Below are positions 1-8,265 of a DNA stretch of 32,000 nucleotides, in pieces; the stretch's first letter is position 1, and each line of letters starts with the position of its first letter. This DNA is from an uncultured archaeon (GTDB lineage Archaea; Iainarchaeota; Iainarchaeia; Iainarchaeales; DATDZZ01), in assembly GCA_964373795.1 (NCBI GenBank), contig CAYJVY010000008.1, forward strand, positions 1 through 32,000. The letters are read 5' to 3'. The notes under the pieces were generated by a model. The model was given only the letters and a program-made list of their open reading frames with translations, was not told the origin of the DNA and made no database searches. The translations under genes and the position numbers were made by a program.

Positions 1-57
1 TCAGCCTCGCCGGCTTTCAATTCAGCCTCGCCGGCTTTCAATTCAGCCTCGCCGGCT
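1..57. repeat. GC-rich 21-bp tandem repeat TCAGCCTCGCCGGCTTTCAAT: two full copies plus a 15-nt partial copy, truncated by the window edge
   Basis: Direct reading: 1-21 and 22-42 are identical, and 43-57 repeats the first 15 nt. The unit contains the GCCGGC palindrome and a GGCT..AGCC pairing. Its GC content is far above the surrounding DNA. Confidence 0.85.
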
Positions 58-81
58 GAACGGCGATTGCAGTTGTTAACC

Positions 82-97
82 TATTTAAATCTTTCTT
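82..97 (+). promoter_or_regulatory. Candidate archaeal promoter (TATA box plus downstream block) for the rpl21e operon, TATTTAAATCTTTCTT
   Basis: The 16-mer is identical to 30762-30777 upstream of rpl1, and its first 13 nt recur at 30401-30413, extended by one further T (30414) where the 16-mer has C. It lies about 65 nt upstream of the rpl21e ATG, with GAGGT at 135-139 as an SD. Confidence 0.5.
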
Positions 98-154
98 TGG
101 AATAATTAATTAATTCATTAAATGATTTGAATAGAGGTATTTAGGGGTTTTAAA

Positions 155-460
155 ATGGCTAGTAAAAAAGCAAGAGGTAAACGAGCTAAAACAAGGGATA
201 AGTTTTCAAGACGTGGATCAAAAGTTACAGTGAACAAGTTATTGCAAGACTTTGAGGAAAACTCTCGAGTAATAATTAAAACCAATTCTTCAATTCATGA
301 AGGAATTCCTTTTAGAAGATTTCATGGAAAAATTGGAACAGTAATAGGAAAACAAGGAAGGGCTTTTAAAGTTGAATTCAAGGACGGAAACCTTTCAAAG
401 CAATTAATTGTTGGAGCAGCTCATTTAATGCCTGTTCCACAACAAAAAATAGCGCAATAA
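155..460 (+). CDS. rpl21e: 50S ribosomal protein L21e
   Basis: Basic N-terminus KARGKRAKTRDKFSR and the block RFHGKIGTVIGKQGRAFKVEF are typical of L21e. It precedes rpoF as in most archaea. Confidence 0.9.
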   Translation: MASKKARGKRAKTRDKFSRRGSKVTVNKLLQDFEENSRVIIKTNSSIHEGIPFRRFHGKIGTVIGKQGRAFKVEFKDGNLSKQLIVGAAHLMPVPQQKIAQ

Positions 461-475
461 ATAATAGGTGGAAAA

Positions 476-811
476 ATGATTGGAAAAGAAATTTTGTCAA
501 AAAAACAAGTTTCACTTACTCAAGTAAAAGAAATTCTTAAAGAAAAAAGTGAAAAAAAAGAATTAAATTATGAACAAAAAGTTACATTTGAATACGCAAA
601 AAAATTTGCTAAAGTTACTCCAAGTAAAGAAGAAAGCTTGTTTAAAGAATTAACTGCATTGGATTTAGTGAATGAAGAATTTGCATTAAAAGTAATTGAT
701 TTAGCGCCAGATGAATTAAGTGTGTTAAAGACTTTAGTTCCAAAAGGAGTAACAATCAAAGAACAGGATTTAGAGACTATTCTAAGCTTAGTGAAAAAAT
801 ATGCAAAATAA
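476..811 (+). CDS. rpoF: DNA-directed RNA polymerase subunit Rpo4/F
   Basis: About 110 aa with helical K/E-rich composition, and the conserved archaeal position between rpl21e and DUF655/ksgA. Confidence 0.75.
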   Translation: MIGKEILSKKQVSLTQVKEILKEKSEKKELNYEQKVTFEYAKKFAKVTPSKEESLFKELTALDLVNEEFALKVIDLAPDELSVLKTLVPKGVTIKEQDLETILSLVKKYAK

Positions 812-856
812 ATTTGTATTATTTAATGAAGTGAAAAAATTATTGAAGTGGTTTAA

Positions 857-1447
857 ATGCCAACAGAAGAAAACGCAATTGTATTGGATTACCTTGCAAA
901 AGGAAAAAGTTCTAGTTATAAATCAGAGCCAATTGCACAAGTTATTGGAGTTAATCACTTCACTTTATTAGAAGTAGTTCCAAAACAGCCATTAAAAATC
1001 ATGGACACTGTTTATGTTGGAAAAGAAACAAGAGAAGAAATTGATTACATTAAAAAAAGAATTCAATTCAAAGAATTAACTTCAACTGCTCAAAACGAAT
1101 TAGAAAAAGTAATAAACAAAATTGTTTTAGACAACACTCAAAGATTTTTAGGATTCTATAACAATTCTACTTCAATTACAATTAAGCTTCATCAACTTGA
1201 ATTACTTCCAGGTTTAGGAAAAAAACATATGCAAGACATTTTAAAAGAACGAGAAAAAAAACCTTTTGAGTCATTTGAAGACATCGCCAAAAGAGTTTAT
1301 TTAATGCCTGACCCTGTTCAAGCAATAGTTAAGAGAGTTATTGAAGAAATTGAAGGAATTGACATTAAATATTACATTTTTGCTAGGCAACCAGTGCAAG
1401 ATCGAGGATTTTTTCATCATAGAAGACCTTTTCAAAGATATTCTTAA
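857..1447 (+). CDS. DUF655-family putative RNA-binding protein (OB plus helix-hairpin-helix)
   Basis: The N-terminal AIVLDYLAKG and the C-terminal LELLPGLGKKHMQDILKERE HhH-like segment fit this family. It is the canonical neighbour of rpoF and ksgA. Confidence 0.7.
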   Translation: MPTEENAIVLDYLAKGKSSSYKSEPIAQVIGVNHFTLLEVVPKQPLKIMDTVYVGKETREEIDYIKKRIQFKELTSTAQNELEKVINKIVLDNTQRFLGFYNNSTSITIKLHQLELLPGLGKKHMQDILKEREKKPFESFEDIAKRVYLMPDPVQAIVKRVIEEIEGIDIKYYIFARQPVQDRGFFHHRRPFQRYS

Positions 1448-1496
1448 GCATGCGAACTTCAATTAAGTTATAAATTTGTTTGCTTTTTCTTATATT

Positions 1497-2312
1497 ATGA
1501 ATTTATTTCAAGAACTAAATTTTGACATGGTTAAATACTCTTTTTCTCCTAAAAAAAAATTAGGTCAACATTTTTTAATTGATGAAAAAGTTCTTCAAAA
1601 AATTGTTTTAACTGCAAATTTAAGTTCTAAAGACATTGTTTTAGAGATTGGTTCTGGAAGTGGAATTCTTTCAAAAGAATTAATTAAGACTGTTGAAAAA
1701 GTAATTGGAGTAGAACTTGATTCAAGTTTAGTTAAACTACTTTCAGAAAAATTTAAAGAATTTAAAAATTTTAAATTAATTGAAGGAGATTTTCTTTCAA
1801 TTCCTTTGCCAAAATTTAATAAAATTGTTTCTTGTCCACCTTATGGAATTAGTTCGGATATAATGAATAAATTATTTTCAATTGAATTTGATTTGGCTGT
1901 ATTTGTTTTTCAAAAAGAGTTTGCAGAAAAACTTGTTTCAGAGCCTGGTTTTCCTGATTATACTGCTTTAAGCGTTTTAAGTCAATTTTATTTCTTTCCG
2001 ACTCTTATTCAAGAAGTTGATAGAAATGCTTTTTTTCCAAAACCAAAAGAACGCTCCACAATAATTAAACTTATTCCACAGAAAAGATTTGGTGAAACAA
2101 AAAATAATGATTTATTTAATAAATTTATTAAAACGATTTTTAGATTTAAAAACAAGAATCTTTCAAATGGATTAAAGCAAGCATTAAGAGAATTAAAGGA
2201 ATTTAAAAAAGAAAAAATTCAAAAATTCATTGAATCAAATGAATTGAGTGCTCAAAAAATCCAATTAATTGAGGTTTATGAATTTGTTGAAATTTTTAAT
2301 GAATTATTTTAA
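1497..2312 (+). CDS. ksgA: 16S rRNA (adenine1518/1519-N6)-dimethyltransferase KsgA/Dim1
   Basis: LGQHFL motif, SAM-binding VLEIGSGSGILS, and the CPPYGISS (NLPY-type) motif. The track start 1476 is TTG; ATGs at 1497 and 1527 are in frame, so the start is uncertain. Confidence 0.9.
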   Translation: MNLFQELNFDMVKYSFSPKKKLGQHFLIDEKVLQKIVLTANLSSKDIVLEIGSGSGILSKELIKTVEKVIGVELDSSLVKLLSEKFKEFKNFKLIEGDFLSIPLPKFNKIVSCPPYGISSDIMNKLFSIEFDLAVFVFQKEFAEKLVSEPGFPDYTALSVLSQFYFFPTLIQEVDRNAFFPKPKERSTIIKLIPQKRFGETKNNDLFNKFIKTIFRFKNKNLSNGLKQALRELKEFKKEKIQKFIESNELSAQKIQLIEVYEFVEIFNELF

Positions 2313-2313
2313 T

Positions 2314-2565
2314 TTATTTCCGCTTTTTTTTCTTTGCAACAGTTTTTGATGATTTCGAATTTGCTCTTGATTCTTCTTCTAATAAATTTAATCTTTCTTC
2401 TAATAAATCTAGTTTCTGATATAATGCTTTCATTAAAGTAAGATTTCTATCAAGTAGTTCTACTATTACTTTTTCATCTGCTTCATTTGCAAATCCTTTT
2501 ACAAGCATTTCCTGAATTTTTGCATGCAATGACTCAATTCTTTCTTTTACACTTAAAGGATCCAT
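2314..2565 (-). CDS. Hypothetical small coiled-coil protein with a KKKKRK tail
   Basis: ORF of 83 aa with heptad-like Leu/Glu periodicity. It is the last gene of the pyrF-AMPpase-membrane protein string. No recognisable family. Confidence 0.45.
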   Translation of the reverse strand: MDPLSVKERIESLHAKIQEMLVKGFANEADEKVIVELLDRNLTLMKALYQKLDLLEERLNLLEEESRANSKSSKTVAKKKKRK

Positions 2566-2592
2566 TAAATCACCTCTATAAAGTTAAGCATA

Positions 2593-3603
2593 TTATTGTT
2601 TTTTCTTGTTAATTAATTTATCGCTTTTTTCTTGAATTAATTGAATAATTTTTGAAGGAGTTAACTCAAAACTGTGAAATGAATAGATTCCTAAAATGAA
2701 AACTGTAATATAGTCAATTAAATGAATTAAAATTGCTAAAGTAATTCCTTGTATTGCATTTAATCCAATTAAAGTAAAATAAAATGCAAAAGCTGCTTCA
2801 AAGGTTCCAATAAATCCGGGAGCAGAAGGAATTAGAGTTACAAACATTACTAAAACCAGGAGTAAACCAATTTGAATGAAGGAAATATTTATCCCTAAAT
2901 TTACTGCAATAAAATAAAAATTAATCCAAACAAGAATCCAGCTAATTAATCCGCTTATAAAAATAATTAATTGATTTTTTAAACCAGTTCTAAATGCCTT
3001 TCCTCCTGAAAAAAAATCTTCCAAGAAATTTTCTCTATTTTTTAGAAAAGAAATTTTTTGCACTAAAGGTTTAAGTATATTGACAAATTTGTGAGAGGAA
3101 AAAAACAATAAAAAAATTATAACAAATAATGTAATTGGAAATAAAATTATTGCTTGAATTTGAAAAGAAATAGTTGGATATAAAATTAATAGAAAACCAA
3201 ATAAAATAATCAAAATAATCATTTCAACTAATCTATCAACTAACACGCTTGAAAAAGCAATTGTTTTACTTATTTTTTGTTTTTTACTTAAAACATATGT
3301 TCTAACAAATTCTCCTAAACGTGCAGGTAAAAAGTTGTTTGAAAAGAAACCAATACACATAATCTTAATTGAATCTTTTAACTTAATTTCTGTGAAAGGT
3401 TTTAGTAAAAATTTCCATCTTAGTCCGCGGAAAATAAAAGTGGAAAAAGAAATAGTTAAAGAAATTATGAATGCCTGAACTCCAAATTGAAGAATTTGTT
3501 TTAAAACTTCTTTTAAATCAATTAAATAAATAATTAATACAATAAAGATAATGCTAATTAAATAGGAAAAAATTACTTTTTTATCTAATTTCAATTTATT
3601 CAC
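2593..3603 (-). CDS. Polytopic membrane protein, lysylphosphatidylglycerol-synthase-TM / flippase-like (UPF0104-type)
   Basis: About 8 hydrophobic segments. Length and motifs (RGLRWKFLL, LPARLGEFVR, PSAPGFIGTFEA) are typical of the LPG_synthase_TM family. Confidence 0.55.
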   Translation of the reverse strand: MNKLKLDKKVIFSYLISIIFIVLIIYLIDLKEVLKQILQFGVQAFIISLTISFSTFIFRGLRWKFLLKPFTEIKLKDSIKIMCIGFFSNNFLPARLGEFVRTYVLSKKQKISKTIAFSSVLVDRLVEMIILIILFGFLLILYPTISFQIQAIILFPITLFVIIFLLFFSSHKFVNILKPLVQKISFLKNRENFLEDFFSGGKAFRTGLKNQLIIFISGLISWILVWINFYFIAVNLGINISFIQIGLLLVLVMFVTLIPSAPGFIGTFEAAFAFYFTLIGLNAIQGITLAILIHLIDYITVFILGIYSFHSFELTPSKIIQLIQEKSDKLINKKKQ

Positions 3604-3610
3604 TTCAAAA

Positions 3611-5146
3611 CTATGAATATTTTTCTAAAATGATTTGCTGGAACTCGAATGGTAAATTGTTTTTTGAATATGTTTCAGCTAAAAATAGTTTTCTTGAATT
3701 TTCTCCATAAATTTCGAATAATGGTTGGTCTTTTTTTACTTTTTGTCCTTCTTCTACTAATAATAGTACTCCTGCTTTTTGATCGTGGGGGGCTCCAGCA
3801 ATTCTAGCAATTGCTCCAAGTTCTTTTACTTTAATTCTACTAATTTCTCCTTCTTCAGTTGATTTAATTATTTTTTTAGATTTTGATAATTTTATTTCTT
3901 TGCTTGAAAAAATCTTTCCTCCTTGGGCTTTAATTATTTCCTTCATTTTTTTCAATGCTTGGCCATTTTTTAAAATTTTTTTTGCCAACTCTGTTCCTTT
4001 TCCTTTTTCTGTTTTTCCAACTAATTCAAATAATGCTCCCGCAAGCTCGCAACTTTTTTGAGCTAAATTATCAAATATTTTTCCTTCAAGTATTTCCATT
4101 ACATGTTTTGCTTCTAATACCGGGCCAAAAGCTTTTCCGCTTGGCTCTGTGCCATTAGTAATTAATGCTTCAACCTTTATTCCAAGTTTTTTTCCAACTT
4201 TAATAAATTTTTCAGCCATTTCTCTTGCTTTTTCTTTTGATTTAATTTTAACGTCAGGGCCTACTGGTAAATCAATTACAACGTATTTTGATCCAACTGA
4301 AGCTTTTTTTGCTAGCACTGATGCAACTACTTGTCCATCTGGATCAAGTGAAAGAGGATATTCTACTTTAATTATTTTGTCGTCAGCTGGAGCCAAATCA
4401 ACTGCTCCTCCCCAACAAATTACTGCTCCAACCTTTTTTGTTATTTTTTTTATTTGTTCAAAGCTTAAATTAACGTTTGTTAGTACTTCCATTGCATCAG
4501 CTGTTCCGGAACAAGAAGTAATGCTTCTAGAAGAAGTTTTAGGAATCATAAATCCTTGAGAGGAAATTATTGGAACTACAATCATTGTTGCTCTTCCATT
4601 TATTCCTCCAACGCTGTGCTTGTCTAAAACTTTTCCTTTTCCAAAATTAATTTTTTTGCCATTTTCAATTAATGCCTTAGTCATTGCAGTTGTTTCATCT
4701 AAATCAAATCCATAAATATAAACAGCAGTCATGAAAGAAGCTAATTCTATTTCACTAATCCTGTTTTCATTAACGTCTTTCACGATTTCTTGTAACTCTT
4801 GTTCTGAAAGTTTTTGATTATTTAATTTCTTTTTAATGTAATTAATGCTTTTAGGTTTTTCAACTGCTTGAACTTTAACTTGCTGTTTATTCAAGCAATT
4901 CAATAAATTGTTAACATCTTTAAGTAATCCAATTTCATTTTCTTTAACCATTGAATTAGTTACATCAGCTAAAGCCGTAATTCTTTTACCTGACTTGCTA
5001 TTTAAAACCTCTACTCTATCTAATGGCAGTATCCCTAATTGTTTTGCGTCAAGTTCATTCAAGATTACAATCAATTTTCCTGTTTCAATATCAAAACATT
5101 TAACACTCATTTCTTGAACATACTTTGCTTTTTCATTTACAATCAT
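3611..5146 (-). CDS. deoA: AMP phosphorylase (archaeal thymidine-phosphorylase-family enzyme with an N-terminal extension)
   Basis: 511 aa. The N-terminal DIETGKLIVILNELDAKQLG domain, DKHSVGG, and TSSRSITSCSGTAD match AMPpase-type nucleoside phosphorylases. GGTGA lies upstream of the ATG at 5146. Confidence 0.85.
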   Translation of the reverse strand: MIVNEKAKYVQEMSVKCFDIETGKLIVILNELDAKQLGILPLDRVEVLNSKSGKRITALADVTNSMVKENEIGLLKDVNNLLNCLNKQQVKVQAVEKPKSINYIKKKLNNQKLSEQELQEIVKDVNENRISEIELASFMTAVYIYGFDLDETTAMTKALIENGKKINFGKGKVLDKHSVGGINGRATMIVVPIISSQGFMIPKTSSRSITSCSGTADAMEVLTNVNLSFEQIKKITKKVGAVICWGGAVDLAPADDKIIKVEYPLSLDPDGQVVASVLAKKASVGSKYVVIDLPVGPDVKIKSKEKAREMAEKFIKVGKKLGIKVEALITNGTEPSGKAFGPVLEAKHVMEILEGKIFDNLAQKSCELAGALFELVGKTEKGKGTELAKKILKNGQALKKMKEIIKAQGGKIFSSKEIKLSKSKKIIKSTEEGEISRIKVKELGAIARIAGAPHDQKAGVLLLVEEGQKVKKDQPLFEIYGENSRKLFLAETYSKNNLPFEFQQIILEKYS

Positions 5147-5178
5147 TAATTCACCTTAACTACAAAAAATGGTTAAAA

Positions 5179-6168
5179 TCATTTAAATACATTTCTTTTG
5201 AAACCAATCTCTTCATTTAATTTTTTTAAAGCCTTAACGCTAGCCAAGGAAAAATTTTTTGGCGGAATAGTAAAATCTGTTTCAAAAGCATAATTTAATG
5301 CACTTGAAGAATTAATTCTAACAATTCTTAAATCATATCCAACTTTTTTCAACACATTTACTACTTCTTTAGCTGACCCTCCCTGCGAGCCAACGCCCGG
5401 AATTAACAAAGGCACTTCTTGCTTGGATTCAACAAAAAATTTAGCAATTTTTTCCAATTCATGTAAAGAAGTCGCTCCTACAACTGCTCCCACACTTCCT
5501 TGAGCATTTTTTCCCCATTCAACAATTTTCTCTGAAACAAGTAAAAACAATTCTTTTCCATTCACTTTCAAGTTCTGAAAATCTTTTGCTCCAGAATTAG
5601 AGGTGCGATTTAATACATAAACTCCAAACCTTTTATGTCGTTCGCAAAAATCAATAAAAGGTTTAACTGAATCCTCTCCCATAAAAGGATTAACAGTTAA
5701 AGCATCTGCTTTCCAAAAAGAAAAAGCTTCCATTACATATGCTTCAGATGTTTTTCCTATGTCTCCTCTTTTTCCATCAAAAATAATTGGAGCATTAATT
5801 TTTCTGCATTTTTCAATTACTTTTTCTAAAGCCTTTAATCCCTCAAATCCATGTTTAGCATAAAAAGCATAATTTGGTTTAAACGCAGAAGGTAAAACCT
5901 TTTCTGAAATGCATGCATCAATAATTGAAGAATAAAAATTAATTATTTTTCCTCCCATTTCACGATCAATTTCCTGTAATCTTCTCAATAAATCGGCAGG
6001 AGGCAAACTCAAATCAATTCCTTCACTTGGTTGAGGAAGATGTTTTTCGCGTACTTCAAGAAAATCTCCTTTTGCAGCTTCAATTCTATGCATTTCTGGA
6101 TCTAAACCCATGCAAGCAATTGAATTGGTTTCTTCAGAGCTTTTTTTTAAAAATTCGTTGAAATTCAT
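5179..6168 (-). CDS. pyrF: Orotidine-5'-phosphate decarboxylase, type 2
   Basis: CMGLDP, FDGKRGDIGKTSEAY and PGVGSQGG motifs are characteristic of long-form OMP decarboxylases. Confidence 0.85.
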   Translation of the reverse strand: MNFNEFLKKSSEETNSIACMGLDPEMHRIEAAKGDFLEVREKHLPQPSEGIDLSLPPADLLRRLQEIDREMGGKIINFYSSIIDACISEKVLPSAFKPNYAFYAKHGFEGLKALEKVIEKCRKINAPIIFDGKRGDIGKTSEAYVMEAFSFWKADALTVNPFMGEDSVKPFIDFCERHKRFGVYVLNRTSNSGAKDFQNLKVNGKELFLLVSEKIVEWGKNAQGSVGAVVGATSLHELEKIAKFFVESKQEVPLLIPGVGSQGGSAKEVVNVLKKVGYDLRIVRINSSSALNYAFETDFTIPPKNFSLASVKALKKLNEEIGFKRNVFK

Positions 6169-6260
6169 TTAATGTTCCTCGATTTTTGTACTAATTCAAT
6201 TGAATTACTTTTAATAATATATTTTTTAATTAATTAAATGAGTTCTGTTTTGTGATTTAA

Positions 6261-7358
6261 ATGAATTTAATTCTTTTTTTAATTATTTCACTTGTAATTG
6301 GGTTTGCGTTTACTTTTTGGTTAATGCCTTTGTACATGAAATTTGTTTTCAGAGTAGGAGTAACAGGAATTGATCAACAAAAAAAAGGCAAACCATTACT
6401 TCCAACTTCTGGAGGAGTACCTGTTTTTCTTGGATTGTTTGCAAGCATTTTGGTTTTTATTTTGCTTTCAACTTTTTCAAGTGAAAATCCTTTTAGTTTT
6501 GAAGTAATTAAAAGAAATATGCTTTTGCTTGGAGGATTGCTTTCAATTGCTATTTTTACTTCAGTTGGTTTCTTTGATGATGTTTATGTTCAAAGATATG
6601 AAAAATTAATGCGTTCTGATACAAAGGAAAGAAGAATTGGTTTAAGGCAATGGCAAAAGCCTTTGCTTACCTTGCTTGGAGGAGTTCCATTAATTGTTTT
6701 AATGGCTGGAACAAGCGTAATGGATTTCCCTGTTTTAGGCAGAATTGATATTGGATTAATTTATCCATTAATTTTAATTCCTTTAGCAGTTGTAACCGTT
6801 TCAAATGCAACAAACATGTTAGCTGGCTTGAATGGCTTGGAAGCAGGTTTAATGATTATTGCTTCCTTCACTTTAGGACTTTTTTCTTTATCAATTGGAA
6901 GAATTGAAGGCCCTGTAATTGCTTTTTCTTTAACTGCAACACTGCTTGCATTTTTTGTATTCAATAAATATCCTTCTAAAATCTTGCCAGGAGATTCTTT
7001 AACTTATTTTGCTGGAGGAGCATTTGTTACAGCAGTAATTCTTGGAAACGTTGAAAAACTTGGAATACTTATTTTTATTCCATGGATTTTAGAAGCTTTT
7101 TTAAAATTGAGGGCAAGATTTAAGGCTCGCTCGTTTGGAGACTTGCAAAAAGACGGAACACTTAAAGCTCCTTATGAAAAAATTTTTTCTTTAACTCATA
7201 TTGTAATGAAGTTACCTGAATGGCTTGGAAGAAAAAGATTTACTGAAAGACAAGCAGTAATAGTTTTATTGCTTTTTGAAATACTTGTATGCATTATTGC
7301 TTTGCTTATCTATAACAGGGTTTTAATTGACGCCGTATTTTTTAAGATACTTATTTAA
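6261..7358 (+). CDS. Glycosyltransferase family 4 (polyprenyl-phosphate HexNAc-1-phosphate transferase, AglH/WecA/MraY-like)
   Basis: Polytopic membrane protein with FFDDV, NATNMLAGLNGLEAG and PGDSLTYFAG motifs. Confidence 0.75.
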   Translation: MNLILFLIISLVIGFAFTFWLMPLYMKFVFRVGVTGIDQQKKGKPLLPTSGGVPVFLGLFASILVFILLSTFSSENPFSFEVIKRNMLLLGGLLSIAIFTSVGFFDDVYVQRYEKLMRSDTKERRIGLRQWQKPLLTLLGGVPLIVLMAGTSVMDFPVLGRIDIGLIYPLILIPLAVVTVSNATNMLAGLNGLEAGLMIIASFTLGLFSLSIGRIEGPVIAFSLTATLLAFFVFNKYPSKILPGDSLTYFAGGAFVTAVILGNVEKLGILIFIPWILEAFLKLRARFKARSFGDLQKDGTLKAPYEKIFSLTHIVMKLPEWLGRKRFTERQAVIVLLLFEILVCIIALLIYNRVLIDAVFFKILI

Positions 7359-8030
7359 TTCTTTTTTGTTTTCCTCTGAAACAAATATTTTTTCATTAAA
7401 TTTTTTGCCAACTAAAAAATTTATTGCCTCAGTTATTTTCAAAATAGAGTAAACAGGAACTCCAGTTTTTTTAGTGAAAAACTTTAAAGCATTTTCTCCT
7501 TCCAAGGTTTTTTGTTCTCTGTCAACTGCAACAATTAATGCAGTTAAATTAATTTCCAAATTGTTTTCTTTTGCAAAGGATTGAATTTTTTCAATTGCTT
7601 CAAACTTTGTTGCAGCAGAGGTTATTACATCATCAACCATTAATACATTGCATTTATTGAAAAACTTTGCTCCAACAAACCATTCACTTGACTTTGAAGC
7701 TTCGCCATGCGTTTTAGCTTCTTTCCTGTCATAATTAAATCCAACTTTTAATTTATGTTCTTTGAATAAAGCAATTGCAGTTGCTTGAGCTATAGCGCTT
7801 CCCTTGTATGAGGGCCCAAAAATAATATCTAAATTTTTATGCAAGCCATTTGAAACAATTGTTTCTGCATAGAATTTTCCTAACTCATAAGTTGTTTCTC
7901 CGTCATTAAACATTCCAATGTTTACAAAATAAGGAGTAGGCCTGCCGTCCTTTAAAGTTAATCCTTGTTTAAAAAATAAAGCATTTGTTTTAATTAAAAA
8001 ATTCGCAAACTCTTCTTTATATTTTTCCAT
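7323..8030 (-). CDS. pyrE: Orotate phosphoribosyltransferase
   Basis: PRPP-binding loop VLMVDDVITSAATK and the DGRPTPYFVN substrate loop. The 3' end overlaps the convergent GT4 gene by 36 nt. Confidence 0.8.
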   Translation of the reverse strand: MEKYKEEFANFLIKTNALFFKQGLTLKDGRPTPYFVNIGMFNDGETTYELGKFYAETIVSNGLHKNLDIIFGPSYKGSAIAQATAIALFKEHKLKVGFNYDRKEAKTHGEASKSSEWFVGAKFFNKCNVLMVDDVITSAATKFEAIEKIQSFAKENNLEINLTALIVAVDREQKTLEGENALKFFTKKTGVPVYSILKITEAINFLVGKKFNEKIFVSEENKKELNKYLKKYGVN

Positions 8031-8108
8031 TTCAAATCAAATAACTTTTAAACCGCAAAACTTAAATTAGAATATGGGTTTCTGGTTTAACAATTAAATT
8101 CAGACTAT

Positions 8109-8113
8109 AAAAA
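8109..8113 (-). terminator. Oligo-T tract immediately after the 5S rRNA 3' end
   Basis: The minus strand reads ...GCTAATC AC TTTTT ATAG. Archaeal RNAP terminates at T-runs. Confidence 0.4.
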
Positions 8114-8115
8114 GT

Positions 8116-8233
8116 GATTAGCAGCGTTTAGGATGCTCCAAGCAAAAACTCAGTGCAAACCTTTTCGCAGACAGGCTTAACTTCTGGGTTCGAGATGAGA
8201 CCAGGTGTTTCACTGTCGCTTTGACCGCTAATC
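8116..8233 (-). rRNA. rrf: 5S ribosomal RNA (about 118 nt), unlinked to 16S/23S
   Basis: The minus strand reads GATTAGCGGTCAAAGCGACAGTGAAACACCTGGTCTCATCTCGAACCCAGAAGTTAAGCCTGTCTGC...CGCTGCTAATC. The terminal helix GATTAGC/GCTAATC closes the molecule. The universal 5S block CGAACCCAGAAGTTAAGC is present. The region is a GC-rich island in an AT-rich spacer. Confidence 0.9.
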
Positions 8234-8256
8234 AATAATATTTATGAATGCTTGGC

Positions 8257-8265
8257 TTTAAAAAA
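8257..8265 (-). promoter_or_regulatory. Candidate TATA box (TTTTTTAAA on the minus strand) for the 5S rRNA, overlapping the pyrC stop codon
   Basis: It is centred about 27-28 nt upstream of the predicted 5S 5' end at 8233. Only 24 nt separate the pyrC stop from the 5S start. Confidence 0.4.

Noticed and set aside
1-57. Possible CRISPR array from the 21-bp repeats
   Set aside because: The units are directly adjacent with no spacers, they are shorter than typical CRISPR repeats, and no cas genes are in the window.
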